Shown here: positions 1 through 7,546 of the stretch, one piece after another
Layout of the letters: every line of letters starts with the position of its first letter
How positions within the stretch are numbered: the first letter of the stretch is position 1
Origin: Methanoregula sp.
GTDB taxonomy: Archaea > Halobacteriota > Methanomicrobia > Methanomicrobiales > Methanospirillaceae
Direction: 5' to 3'
DNA length: 12,128 nt
Assembly (NCBI GenBank): GCA_039698055.1
Contig: JBDKTL010000001.1
Location: 1-12,128 of the forward strand
The notes under the pieces: generated by a model
Databases searched by the model: none
What the model was told of the DNA's origin: nothing
The model's input: only the letters and a program-made list of their open reading frames with translations
Translations under genes and position numbers: made by a program

Positions 1-122
1 GGCTCGCTGATTTCTTAATTGTCTCCTTTCTTTTTGACGACACATCAAAGTTAGGAGACACTGTATCTTAGATCTTTCGGTCGTCGGTACAACTCCCTTT
101 TAGATTAGGTTTTCTACAGAGC
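1..122 (-). mobile_element. Possible left end of an insertion sequence (IS5-like) running off the window edge
   Basis: The minus strand starts GCTCTGTAGAAAACC at 122, which from memory resembles TIR starts of methanogen IS5-type elements. It is followed by a stem-loop (20-60) containing AGGAGA and a frame open from GTG 61 to the edge (VSPNFDVSSKRKETIKKSAS...). The second TIR and the transposase are not visible. Confidence 0.35.
20..60 (-). promoter_or_regulatory. Stem-loop occluding an AGGAG ribosome-binding-like sequence
   Basis: Perfect 8-bp inverted repeat tgtctcct (20-27) / aggagaca (53-60), with inner stem tttgacg (33-39) / catcaaa (43-49). The inner C-A mismatch becomes a G-U pair on the minus-strand RNA. 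Confidence 0.5.
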
Positions 123-263
123 AAAAAAATGTTCATTGCTCATGTACAAAGCCCATGAAGTTCCCTCAAGGATATTTTACCAAACCAGTAAAATCCTGTG
201 CCGGGATCAACAAGAACTATATCGCGATGCAACGGAATCTCTCTTGTTAAGAAAAAGGCGATT

Positions 264-1217
264 ATGACATATACCATAAAACTCATCACGACCGAAGAAA
301 AGGAGCAGATGGACGACCATTTCATGTCGAAAATCCGGTACGAACTGAAATCCGAAATCTATGGCTGCTGCATCAAGTTCCTGTCCGACAACCACCTGTT
401 CAGGGAAACATGGCAGGAAAATTTTTACCCGATGTGCCAGAATATCCGGTCGCACGGCCGGCTTTTTGTTTTTAACGACACCGGATACCCGCAAAACACC
501 GTATTTTTCGATCCATACTCAAAGACTGCGTTTCTCCTCAATTTTTCGTACTATGGCTGGGTCAAGTCCATCGCGCTTGCCATCGCCGGCGATATTCTTG
601 AGGACGAGCATGACATTTTTTCCCTGCATGGCGCCTGCGTGGATCTTGACGGGAAAGGGCTCTGCATGGTAGGGACGTCAGGCGCAGGAAAAACCACCCA
701 GACCTATGGGCTGCTGACCGATCCCCATACCCGCATAATTTCCGACGACTGGTTCTTCTCCCGGGTCTTCGGGCTGGATATCCTCGGGTACGGGTCGGAA
801 AAAAATTTCTACATCCGCGATGACCTCACAACCATCTGGAAGGAGTATGGCGGGCTTGCTGCGGATACCGAATACGATGCCGATCGCCGGGCTGTTGCCG
901 ATATCCGGTGGATTATCGGAAAAGGCCGGTTGCTTCCCCTCACCACGATAAGAACAATCGTAATCCTGAAACGGGACCCGGCCGACCCGGCAAAAATCCA
1001 GCCGCTCACCCCAGGTGCGGCACAGGACATCATTCTCCGGAATAATTATTTCAATCCCCACCTGCTCGTGGTAAACGAGCGCAAAACCCGGCTGCGGAAC
1101 CGGTTTATCGCCGATTTGCTGGGCCGGACAACCTGCTACCTGGTAAATACGACCGGAACGCCGCGTGAAACGCAGAAGATCATACGGTCGCGTGCCGGGC
1201 TTGAGGATGTAACGTGA
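264..1217 (+). CDS. PEP carboxykinase / HPr kinase-fold P-loop protein (317 aa), function unknown
   Basis: Motifs in PEPCK/HprK order: YYGWVK, LHGACVD, Walker A GTSGAGKTT, TDPHTRIISDDW, IVILKRD, CYLVNT. ATG 264 is preferred over GTG 198, whose 22-codon extension shows no recognisable motif. Confidence 0.8.
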   Translation: MTYTIKLITTEEKEQMDDHFMSKIRYELKSEIYGCCIKFLSDNHLFRETWQENFYPMCQNIRSHGRLFVFNDTGYPQNTVFFDPYSKTAFLLNFSYYGWVKSIALAIAGDILEDEHDIFSLHGACVDLDGKGLCMVGTSGAGKTTQTYGLLTDPHTRIISDDWFFSRVFGLDILGYGSEKNFYIRDDLTTIWKEYGGLAADTEYDADRRAVADIRWIIGKGRLLPLTTIRTIVILKRDPADPAKIQPLTPGAAQDIILRNNYFNPHLLVVNERKTRLRNRFIADLLGRTTCYLVNTTGTPRETQKIIRSRAGLEDVT

Positions 1218-1378
1218 ACGTGGGTAATGGTGCCAGTCCTTGCGATCGCACAAAATCCTTTACGCCCCGGTGCTTTTTTGCATGCGGGCTTCTTGCATGA
1301 ATTAAAAAAAAAATATGCAATGCACACCGGAGGCTGCCAAAGAAAAACCCCAGGAAAAGGAGCATCATTTTTTCATGC

Positions 1379-1419
1379 CCTGCCGGCAAAAACCGGGGGA
1401 CCGGTGCACCACCGGCAGG
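1379..1419. terminator. GC-rich inverted repeat between convergent genes (terminator-like)
   Basis: cctgccgg (1379-1386) / ccggcagg (1412-1419), with an alternative hairpin ccggtg-cac-caccgg (1401-1415), just downstream of the polB remnant stop codon. Confidence 0.3.
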
Positions 1420-1427
1420 AACCGTGG

Positions 1428-2066
1428 TCAGGCAGGTAACATTTGGTCCGGCCCTGCACGGTCACCACCCGTCTTCGTATCGAATGCATAGGAAACCTCT
1501 GCCCATGCCTTGTCAACAAGTTCCCGGTAATACCGGGCGTCAAACCCCTCGGCACACCATTCCGGCACAACCCTGTACCTGCCGGCGTCCACCACAATGT
1601 AACTGATCTTCATGCCGGGAGCAACATCGATTCCCCGCTCCCGGTATGCCTTCACCGCAGATCCTTCAATACACCGGTGCGCATAGGTTGTCCTGCTGAT
1701 ACGGCGGTGGATCGCCATTTCCGTGAGTCCGGTATCCATAAGCCCGTCAATAGTCTCACGGTAAATCTCCCTGACTGCATCTTTCACGTCGCCAAGTTCC
1801 GCAATATTGGCAGCAGTTGCCATCACTTCCAGCTACCGGCCCTGCATCGTACGGATGAATGCAGGGGTATCGTGGCGGCGGGCCGCAATCCCCCGGGCCT
1901 TCACGCTCCCGTCAGCCAGCCGCCCGAAGTACCGGTTGTACGCCCCAAACCCGTCCTTCATCGGCTCAAACACGATCCAGTCATAGTGTTCGACCTCGGT
2001 AAGAATCCCGGTCTCCTGCTCCACCCGCGATTTCAGGAGCCCGACCGGCGAACCCTGCACCCACAT
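1428..2066 (-). pseudogene. C-terminal fragment of a family-B DNA polymerase (PolB2-like), 5'-truncated with an in-frame TAG
   Basis: ORFs 1833..2066 and 1428..1826 share one frame, separated only by TAG at 1833-1835 (...RTMQGR*LEVMATA...). NRYFGRLADGSVKARGIAARRHDTP matches the PolB K-R-Y...KG...RRD motif, and PGMKISYIVVD and FDARYYRELV match the PolB C-terminus. Exonuclease and catalytic aspartate motifs are absent. Confidence 0.8.
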
Positions 2067-2072
2067 AGTGGA

Positions 2073-2087
2073 GGGGGCGAAGCCCCC
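2073..2087. repeat. Perfect hairpin GGGGGC-GAA-GCCCCC (GCGAAGC core)
   Basis: Seen directly: 6-bp all-GC stem with a GAA loop, 6 bp from where the polB homology stops, at the border of GC-richer and AT-rich DNA. Confidence 0.7.
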
Positions 2088-2369
2088 AAGAACGTCTTTA
2101 AACTAAAAATAAATGAAATCCTTTGAATTTTTTCCATAACATTACTGATTTATGGTGGTCTTTATTGAGCAATCACCTTTTTTTAATTTTATTCTTGATT
2201 TTCACAGGCTTTAAAAAAAATCCGGTAGTCAAATTCCGGATGATTTGGGATTAGGAAATCGCATGATTTTTTTAAGTATCCTTGAATTCTTTACGGATTG
2301 AAAACAGATGATATAAATAATAGTAACAGGGAAAATTCTATACGGCGTTATTAGCGATACCCGGCAATT

Positions 2370-4565
2370 ATGATTTCCATCCTGTATGTTGATGATGAGC
2401 CCGCATTGCTCGAAATTACCAAACTGTTCCTTGAGCGCAGCGGTGATTTTATTGTTAATGTTGCCGAGTCCGTACAAACTGGCCTGTCCATGCTGGCTGC
2501 TATTGGAGTTGATGCAATTATATCCGATTACCAGATGCCCGGTACTGACGGGATCACGTTTTTAAAAAAAGTCCGGGCTTCCGGCAACACCATCCCGTTT
2601 ATTATTTTTACCGGTAAAGGCCGTGAAGAGATCGCAAGCGAAGCATTGAACAGCGGTGCAGACTTTTATATCCAGAAAGGCGGCGACCCGAAATCACAGT
2701 TTATCGAATTATCCTATAAAATACAACAGGCCGTCCGGCGCAACCGGGCCGAGAAAGCACTCAAAATCAGTGAAGCACGGTTCAGGGATTTTTTCGAGCG
2801 GGCTGACGATCTGATTGCAATCCTTTCCCCATCCGGTACATTCCAGTATGTGAACGATACCTGGTGTCGCGTTCTGGAATATTCTAAAGACGAGAGCTAT
2901 GCCCTGTCATTTTTGACTATTCTTGCACCCGACAAAAAAGATGAAACCGGGACACTCTTTGACAATTTCCTGAAAGGAAAAGAATCTTTTAACATTATCA
3001 CGGTTTTTGTTTCCCGTACCGGGCGACGAATACCGGTAGAATGCTCGTTCAGTGTCCAGACTGATGGTGAAAATATTATTTCTCTCCAGGGAATTTTCCG
3101 GGATGTAAGCGAACAAGAAAAAATTCAGGGCGAACTTGTGGAAAGCAAACGGATGCTCACCACGCTCATGGATAATCTCCCGGGCATGACATACCGTTGC
3201 AGGAACGATCGGGATTGGACAATGGAATTTGTGAGCGGCGGATGTGCGGTTCTAACCGGCTACTCATCTGATGAGCTTATCGGGAACCGGCGCATTGCGT
3301 TTAACGATCTCATTCTTCCTGAATATCAGAACAGGGTCTGGGAAAAATGGCAGGAGATCTTAAAAGATCATACTGTTTTCCATGATGAATATGCAATAAA
3401 AACAGCAACCGGCCAGATAAAATGGGTCTGGGAGCAGGGCAGGGGTGTGTATTCACCATCGGGCGATGTGCTTGCACTCGAGGGTTACATCATCGATATT
3501 ACGGAAAGAAAACAAATTGAAAAGATTCTCCGTGAGAGCGAGCGGAACTACCGGGAAATTTTTGATGCAACCAATGAGGCTATCTCCATCGACGAGATTT
3601 CCACCGGAAGACTCATTGACGTCAACATGCGGATGCTAGAGATGTACGGATATTCCCAGAAAAAGGAAATCCTTGAAAGAACTATCGGGGATTTAAGTGC
3701 TGGTATACCGCCATACACGCAGTCCGAAGCCATTGAATACATCAAAAAAACGCTTACTGACGGCCCGCAGGTATTTGAATGGCAGGCAAAAACGAAGACC
3801 GGCGAAACGTTCTGGGTCGAAATGTCACTGCAGCGATCGCAGATTGGAGGACAGGACCGAATCCTGGCGGTTGTACGGGATATGACCGGACGCAAATGCA
3901 TGGAACAATCCCTGCAGCAGATGAATAAAAAACTCAAGATCCTCTCTTCAACCACCCGACATGATATCAACAATAAACTCACGATCCTGTCGGGCTATTC
4001 CGGCCTGGTAAAAGAGATGGTGCCCGATGAAAAAATTCAGTCGTTTGTCGGTATACAGGAAAATGCAATTGCCGATATCTCCAAAATTCTGAAATTCACC
4101 AAAGAGTATGAACAACTTGGTGTGGAAATGCCCACATGGTTAACGGTCCAAACGGTACTTTCATCCGCTATCTCGGAAATTCAGATAAAACCGCTTACCT
4201 TTTCGGATACTACCAAAGGTCTGCAGGTATTTGCCGATTCGATGTTTGAGCGGGTGTTTTACCATCTGATTGACAATATTATTCGGCATGCGGCGTCTGC
4301 GACTGCAGTGCAGGTAGGATACACGGTTTCAAATGGTGACTGCGTGATATGGATAAAAGATGATGGCCCGGGAATTCTCCCGGAGAACAAAGAGAAGATC
4401 TTCCAGCGGGGATTTGGAAAGAATACAGGTCTTGGGCTTTTCATTTCACGGGAAATACTGGCTATAACAAATCTCGAAATTCATGAAACTGGTGAATTTG
4501 GAAAGGGCGCCTGTTTCGAAATAAGGATTCCCAAGGGAAAATTCAAGGTTGCAGGGCATCAGTAG
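2370..4565 (+). CDS. Hybrid sensor histidine kinase: receiver + three PAS/PAC domains + HisKA + HATPase
   Basis: Receiver: ILYVDDE, ISDYQMPG, FTGKG, YIQKG. Three PAS/PAC units end in FRDVSEQ, IIDITERK and VRDMTGRK. H-box TTRHDINNKL, N-box LIDNIIRH, G1 DDGPGI, F-box IFQRGF, G2 TGLGL. Confidence 0.93.
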   Translation: MISILYVDDEPALLEITKLFLERSGDFIVNVAESVQTGLSMLAAIGVDAIISDYQMPGTDGITFLKKVRASGNTIPFIIFTGKGREEIASEALNSGADFYIQKGGDPKSQFIELSYKIQQAVRRNRAEKALKISEARFRDFFERADDLIAILSPSGTFQYVNDTWCRVLEYSKDESYALSFLTILAPDKKDETGTLFDNFLKGKESFNIITVFVSRTGRRIPVECSFSVQTDGENIISLQGIFRDVSEQEKIQGELVESKRMLTTLMDNLPGMTYRCRNDRDWTMEFVSGGCAVLTGYSSDELIGNRRIAFNDLILPEYQNRVWEKWQEILKDHTVFHDEYAIKTATGQIKWVWEQGRGVYSPSGDVLALEGYIIDITERKQIEKILRESERNYREIFDATNEAISIDEISTGRLIDVNMRMLEMYGYSQKKEILERTIGDLSAGIPPYTQSEAIEYIKKTLTDGPQVFEWQAKTKTGETFWVEMSLQRSQIGGQDRILAVVRDMTGRKCMEQSLQQMNKKLKILSSTTRHDINNKLTILSGYSGLVKEMVPDEKIQSFVGIQENAIADISKILKFTKEYEQLGVEMPTWLTVQTVLSSAISEIQIKPLTFSDTTKGLQVFADSMFERVFYHLIDNIIRHAASATAVQVGYTVSNGDCVIWIKDDGPGILPENKEKIFQRGFGKNTGLGLFISREILAITNLEIHETGEFGKGACFEIRIPKGKFKVAGHQ

Positions 4566-4573
4566 CACAAGGG

Positions 4574-4602
4574 AAATTCATCACAGAATTTAGCATTTTT
4601 TT
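4574..4602 (+). terminator. Probable terminator of the histidine kinase gene
   Basis: aaattc (4574-4579) / gaattt (4586-4591) followed by a T run (4596-4602), just after the stop at 4565. Oligo-T termination is typical of archaea. Confidence 0.4.
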
Positions 4603-4788
4603 TCCATTCGCCGGTACTTCGGTTTGGAATACATGACATTACGGTATTACCCTGTTTGTCTGGTCCTGCTGCAAGGAGGGGATCCCGGGGTTTGACGTGG
4701 CGATGGCAGTTGAGGGGAAAAAATTTCAAGAATGGAAGCGGGATTGTGTTCATGGCGATTAAACCGGAAAATACCCTGTATCGCGTAT

Positions 4789-4796
4789 AGATTTTT
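4789..4796 (+). repeat. IS66 target-site duplication, left copy (AGATTTTT)
   Basis: Identical to 6341-6348; 8 bp is the canonical IS66 TSD length. Confidence 0.92.
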
Positions 4797-6340
4797 GTAA
4801 CTATTTAGCCAGAGATCGATGAGCGTGTAATGGGATGAAAGGCTCGCTCTGAAATACCCCAACAAGCGAATCGAGAACCGGCCGCTCATTTTTCTTGACG
4901 GTAGAGAGATATCCCCGAATCCTGCAGAACGCGGCAGCGCCCTCCTCACTACGGAAGGTACCGGAGATTTTCTGCTGAAGTTTGGCCATTCGGATATCCC
5001 GTTCAGCCAGATTATTCGTGAAGGGAATTGAGAAATCGTGCATGAAAGCCAGGATCTCGTGAGAGAATTTCTTACACCGGTCGATCAGGTTTTTGGCTTT
5101 TGACTGTTTCTTACGACCACGTTTTGAGAAGAAATCCGGATTTACCGTGGTTGGCATCTCGATCAACCCATTTTCAAGGATCCGTAAATACCGCGTTTCG
5201 AAATCTGCAATCTTCGAAGGGCTGAGGGAACACGAGTGCGTTCGTGCAGCATCCACTTCCTGTTTGATCTCCAGAATGAGAGCATGAAGTTCTTCGCTCC
5301 AGGTGTGCTGAAAATTCTCCGAGATCCCTTTTAACTCGCGAAGCAGATGAGCATTACAGAGTGCATGATGACTCGGATACCGGAAGTATGAAGCCCAGAA
5401 ATCATGAACCATAGTACCTTTGAACCGGGGCAGGATCTGCATATCATCGGTTGTCCGTTTTCCCCGTTTTCGATGATAACCATACCATGTGAGGAAATCG
5501 GTACTTGCAACATGCAACCATTGCCTGATACCGGTAACCCGCATGCCGGTCTCGTCAACGTGGAGCACCTCCGCGTCCGTCAGGAGTTTTCGTATCCGTT
5601 CTTCAACTCCTGCAAGGTTCCGGTAGCTCTCCTGAACTGCATTCACCAAGGTTCCGGTGCTCAGAGAACGGCCGAATATATCGGAGAATGTCTCACGAAT
5701 CCGATCATACGGAATCAGCTGGTAAACGCAAAGATACACCATCCGTGCCTTGAGATTCCGACCATACTGGACGGGGAACTGGACTCCGGAGGGAAATTCT
5801 GCCCGGTTCACCCGGCCACAGTCCGGGCACCGTTTGTGCTCTGCACGGTGTTCGGTTACAATTATCCTGAACTCAGCGTCATGTACCTGGCGCCGCTCAA
5901 CCTTGACCGGGTTCTCAGCCGCAAGGGATGCTCCGCATCCATGACATACCTCCACCGTGTGTACTTCGACCTCATCCGGGTTCTCTACCATCTCAAGGGT
6001 CTGGCCTTTATGCCCTTTCTGTCCACCGGGCGGTCTTTCGCCTTTCTTCCGGGGACTCTGCACTCTTCTGAACCCACCCATCGATGGTGGCTGACTGCTG
6101 TTCCGACTGGTCCGATTTAACCGCGCCTCTAACTCGGCTATCCGGGCCTCCAGTTGCACTATCCTTTCTGTCAGCTGAGTGATGAGACGATCCTGCTTTT
6201 CTATGATGTCAACTACGGCTTCCGGATTTGTCCGGCATAATTCCAGTATCTCTCCCCGGTTGACTGCCATCTATTGTTGTGATGTGCTCTTAGTATTTTG
6301 ATCTGCCGGTTGGGTCATCTGGATAGAGCTGAATAGTTAC
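4797..6340 (-). mobile_element. Complete IS66-family insertion sequence, single-ORF (ISBst12-group) type, 1544 bp
   Basis: TIRs GTAACTATTTAGC (4797-4809) and GTAACTATTCAGC (reverse complement of 6328-6340) match at 12/13 and start with the IS66 GTAA terminus. Identical 8-bp flanks AGATTTTT. One TnpC-type ORF, no tnpA/tnpB. Confidence 0.95.
4801..6270 (-). CDS. tnpC: IS66-family DDE transposase (TnpC type)
   Basis: N-terminal coiled coil (LTERIVQLEARIAELEARL), NSSQPPS, GGQKGHKG, zinc knuckles CHGCG and CPDCG, DDE motifs HVDETG, VHDFW and TNNLAERDIR, plus CNAHLLREL. The stop codon lies inside the TIR. Confidence 0.95.
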   Translation of the reverse strand: MAVNRGEILELCRTNPEAVVDIIEKQDRLITQLTERIVQLEARIAELEARLNRTSRNSSQPPSMGGFRRVQSPRKKGERPPGGQKGHKGQTLEMVENPDEVEVHTVEVCHGCGASLAAENPVKVERRQVHDAEFRIIVTEHRAEHKRCPDCGRVNRAEFPSGVQFPVQYGRNLKARMVYLCVYQLIPYDRIRETFSDIFGRSLSTGTLVNAVQESYRNLAGVEERIRKLLTDAEVLHVDETGMRVTGIRQWLHVASTDFLTWYGYHRKRGKRTTDDMQILPRFKGTMVHDFWASYFRYPSHHALCNAHLLRELKGISENFQHTWSEELHALILEIKQEVDAARTHSCSLSPSKIADFETRYLRILENGLIEMPTTVNPDFFSKRGRKKQSKAKNLIDRCKKFSHEILAFMHDFSIPFTNNLAERDIRMAKLQQKISGTFRSEEGAAAFCRIRGYLSTVKKNERPVLDSLVGVFQSEPFIPLHAHRSLAK

Positions 6341-6348
6341 AGATTTTT
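6341..6348 (+). repeat. IS66 target-site duplication, right copy (AGATTTTT)
   Basis: Identical to 4789-4796. Confidence 0.92.
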
Positions 6349-6388
6349 TTTGTTAAAATAGAGAAATGGATTTGAATTTTTTTAATGT

Positions 6389-7426
6389 TCACCGTTTGTG
6401 AATTATTATCGCAATCAGGATTGCTGCGATACCGGCTGTAAGGAACACCGGTGATTTTTTTGTCGTGGGAAGTGGTGTTGGCGGCACCGTAGTCAGCCGG
6501 GTTTCAGGAGTTGTGGTTGTTACCGCCACGGGTAATGTGCCAATTGTTGTAGCCGGTTTCTGGATCATGTTGAATGTTGCAGAACCGGTCACATCCACCA
6601 GTATGCCCGAGACTTTTACCAGGTACTCATCCGGCTTAAACGTGGATGTATCTACGTCAAAGAACCATTGATTGTAACCGCCGGAACCCAAAACCACTTT
6701 TACGATACCGGTATCTCCGGAAAATCCTGCTGACTGTTGTTTGGACGTGGGGTTGAACGAAGAGGAATAAATTTCCACCAGCAGCTGATCACCCACAGCA
6801 AGGTTGGTATTTCCCGATATTGTAAAAGTATCCCCGATTACATGAGTTCCTATCGGATTGATAAAAGCGGATGGAGGATTGACAAAAAATGTTGCAGATG
6901 CAAACGTATCATCGATATTCTGGCTGTTGATTGCCTGGACAAGTGCAGATGCAGAAGCCGGACCCTGGAGGCTGCCGGAACCAGACATCCTGAAGATTGC
7001 GGTTCCCCCACCAAGAATTCGATTGATTACCTGGCCGGTAGAGGGATCATAATATACATCAAACTGCCCGTTCATCATTGGGTGCTGGATAAGGACAAAG
7101 TATTGTCCAGATGCCAGGTTGAGCGTGTCTGTTTTTGTGAGTTCATATTCATACGTATTGTCGGCATTTGTTGAAATGGTGGATACCTTCAGGTAATTAT
7201 TGCCAATAGCCCAGACCTGCAGACCATTCCGGGGATGGCCGGTTGCAATCCCGTGAATATACACCGGGTCACCAGTGGAAATTACTGCGGGTGTGGATGA
7301 GGACGAGCCGGGAGTGAGTGAAAGTGCGACTGCTCCGGCAGAGATGAACCAGAGAGTGATAAGAAAAAAAATTACGTAAGGCGCACGAAAATAATTGAAA
7401 TGGATTTTTTTTGTGGCGGCGGTCAT
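6389..7426 (-). CDS. Secreted cell-surface protein related to Methanomicrobiales S-layer protein domains, with a C-terminal membrane anchor
   Basis: N-terminal signal peptide (basic residues, hydrophobic core, AVA). Two beta-rich repeats (TGDPVYIHG...GQYFVLIQHP and IGDTFTISGNTNLAVGDQLLVEIYSSSF...PDEYLVKV). Thr/Pro linker, then TKKSP, a TM helix and a basic tail HKR. Confidence 0.75.
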   Translation of the reverse strand: MTAATKKIHFNYFRAPYVIFFLITLWFISAGAVALSLTPGSSSSTPAVISTGDPVYIHGIATGHPRNGLQVWAIGNNYLKVSTISTNADNTYEYELTKTDTLNLASGQYFVLIQHPMMNGQFDVYYDPSTGQVINRILGGGTAIFRMSGSGSLQGPASASALVQAINSQNIDDTFASATFFVNPPSAFINPIGTHVIGDTFTISGNTNLAVGDQLLVEIYSSSFNPTSKQQSAGFSGDTGIVKVVLGSGGYNQWFFDVDTSTFKPDEYLVKVSGILVDVTGSATFNMIQKPATTIGTLPVAVTTTTPETRLTTVPPTPLPTTKKSPVFLTAGIAAILIAIIIHKR

Positions 7427-7477
7427 TTTATTCTAGTCTCTGTTTTTTTACTATTAAATAAAACCGCAGATAATCAT

Positions 7478-7523
7478 CAAAAAAAGGAGATTTTTACCCG
7501 TCCACTATCTGTTGTAACGGGCA
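7478..7523 (-). terminator. Probable fdhAB terminator
   Basis: Minus-strand stem TGCCCGTT/GACGGGTA (plus 7516-7523 and 7495-7502, with two G-U pairs) followed by a T run (plus-strand A run near 7479-7485), downstream of the fdhB stop. Confidence 0.45.
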
Positions 7524-7546
7524 GATTGGGTTAAACCGCTAAAAAA

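Noticed and set aside
198-263. GTG-initiated N-terminal extension of the PEPCK-like ORF
   Set aside because: No RBS or recognisable motif; ATG 264 gives a more plausible start.
678-1253. 191-aa minus-strand ORF
   Set aside because: Antisense to the PEPCK-like gene with no recognisable domain.
1443-2126. 227-aa plus-strand ORF
   Set aside because: Antisense shadow of the GC-rich polB remnant with no motif; the minus strand carries clear PolB signatures.
4532-4580. Near-duplicate caagggaaa(a)ttca at 4532-4545 and 4568-4580
   Set aside because: Only two short imperfect copies, one inside coding sequence; neither a TSD nor an array.
5404-6120. 238-aa plus-strand ORF inside the IS66 as a possible tnpA/tnpB or cargo gene
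   Set aside because: Fully antisense to the transposase and lacks TnpA HTH or TnpB motifs.
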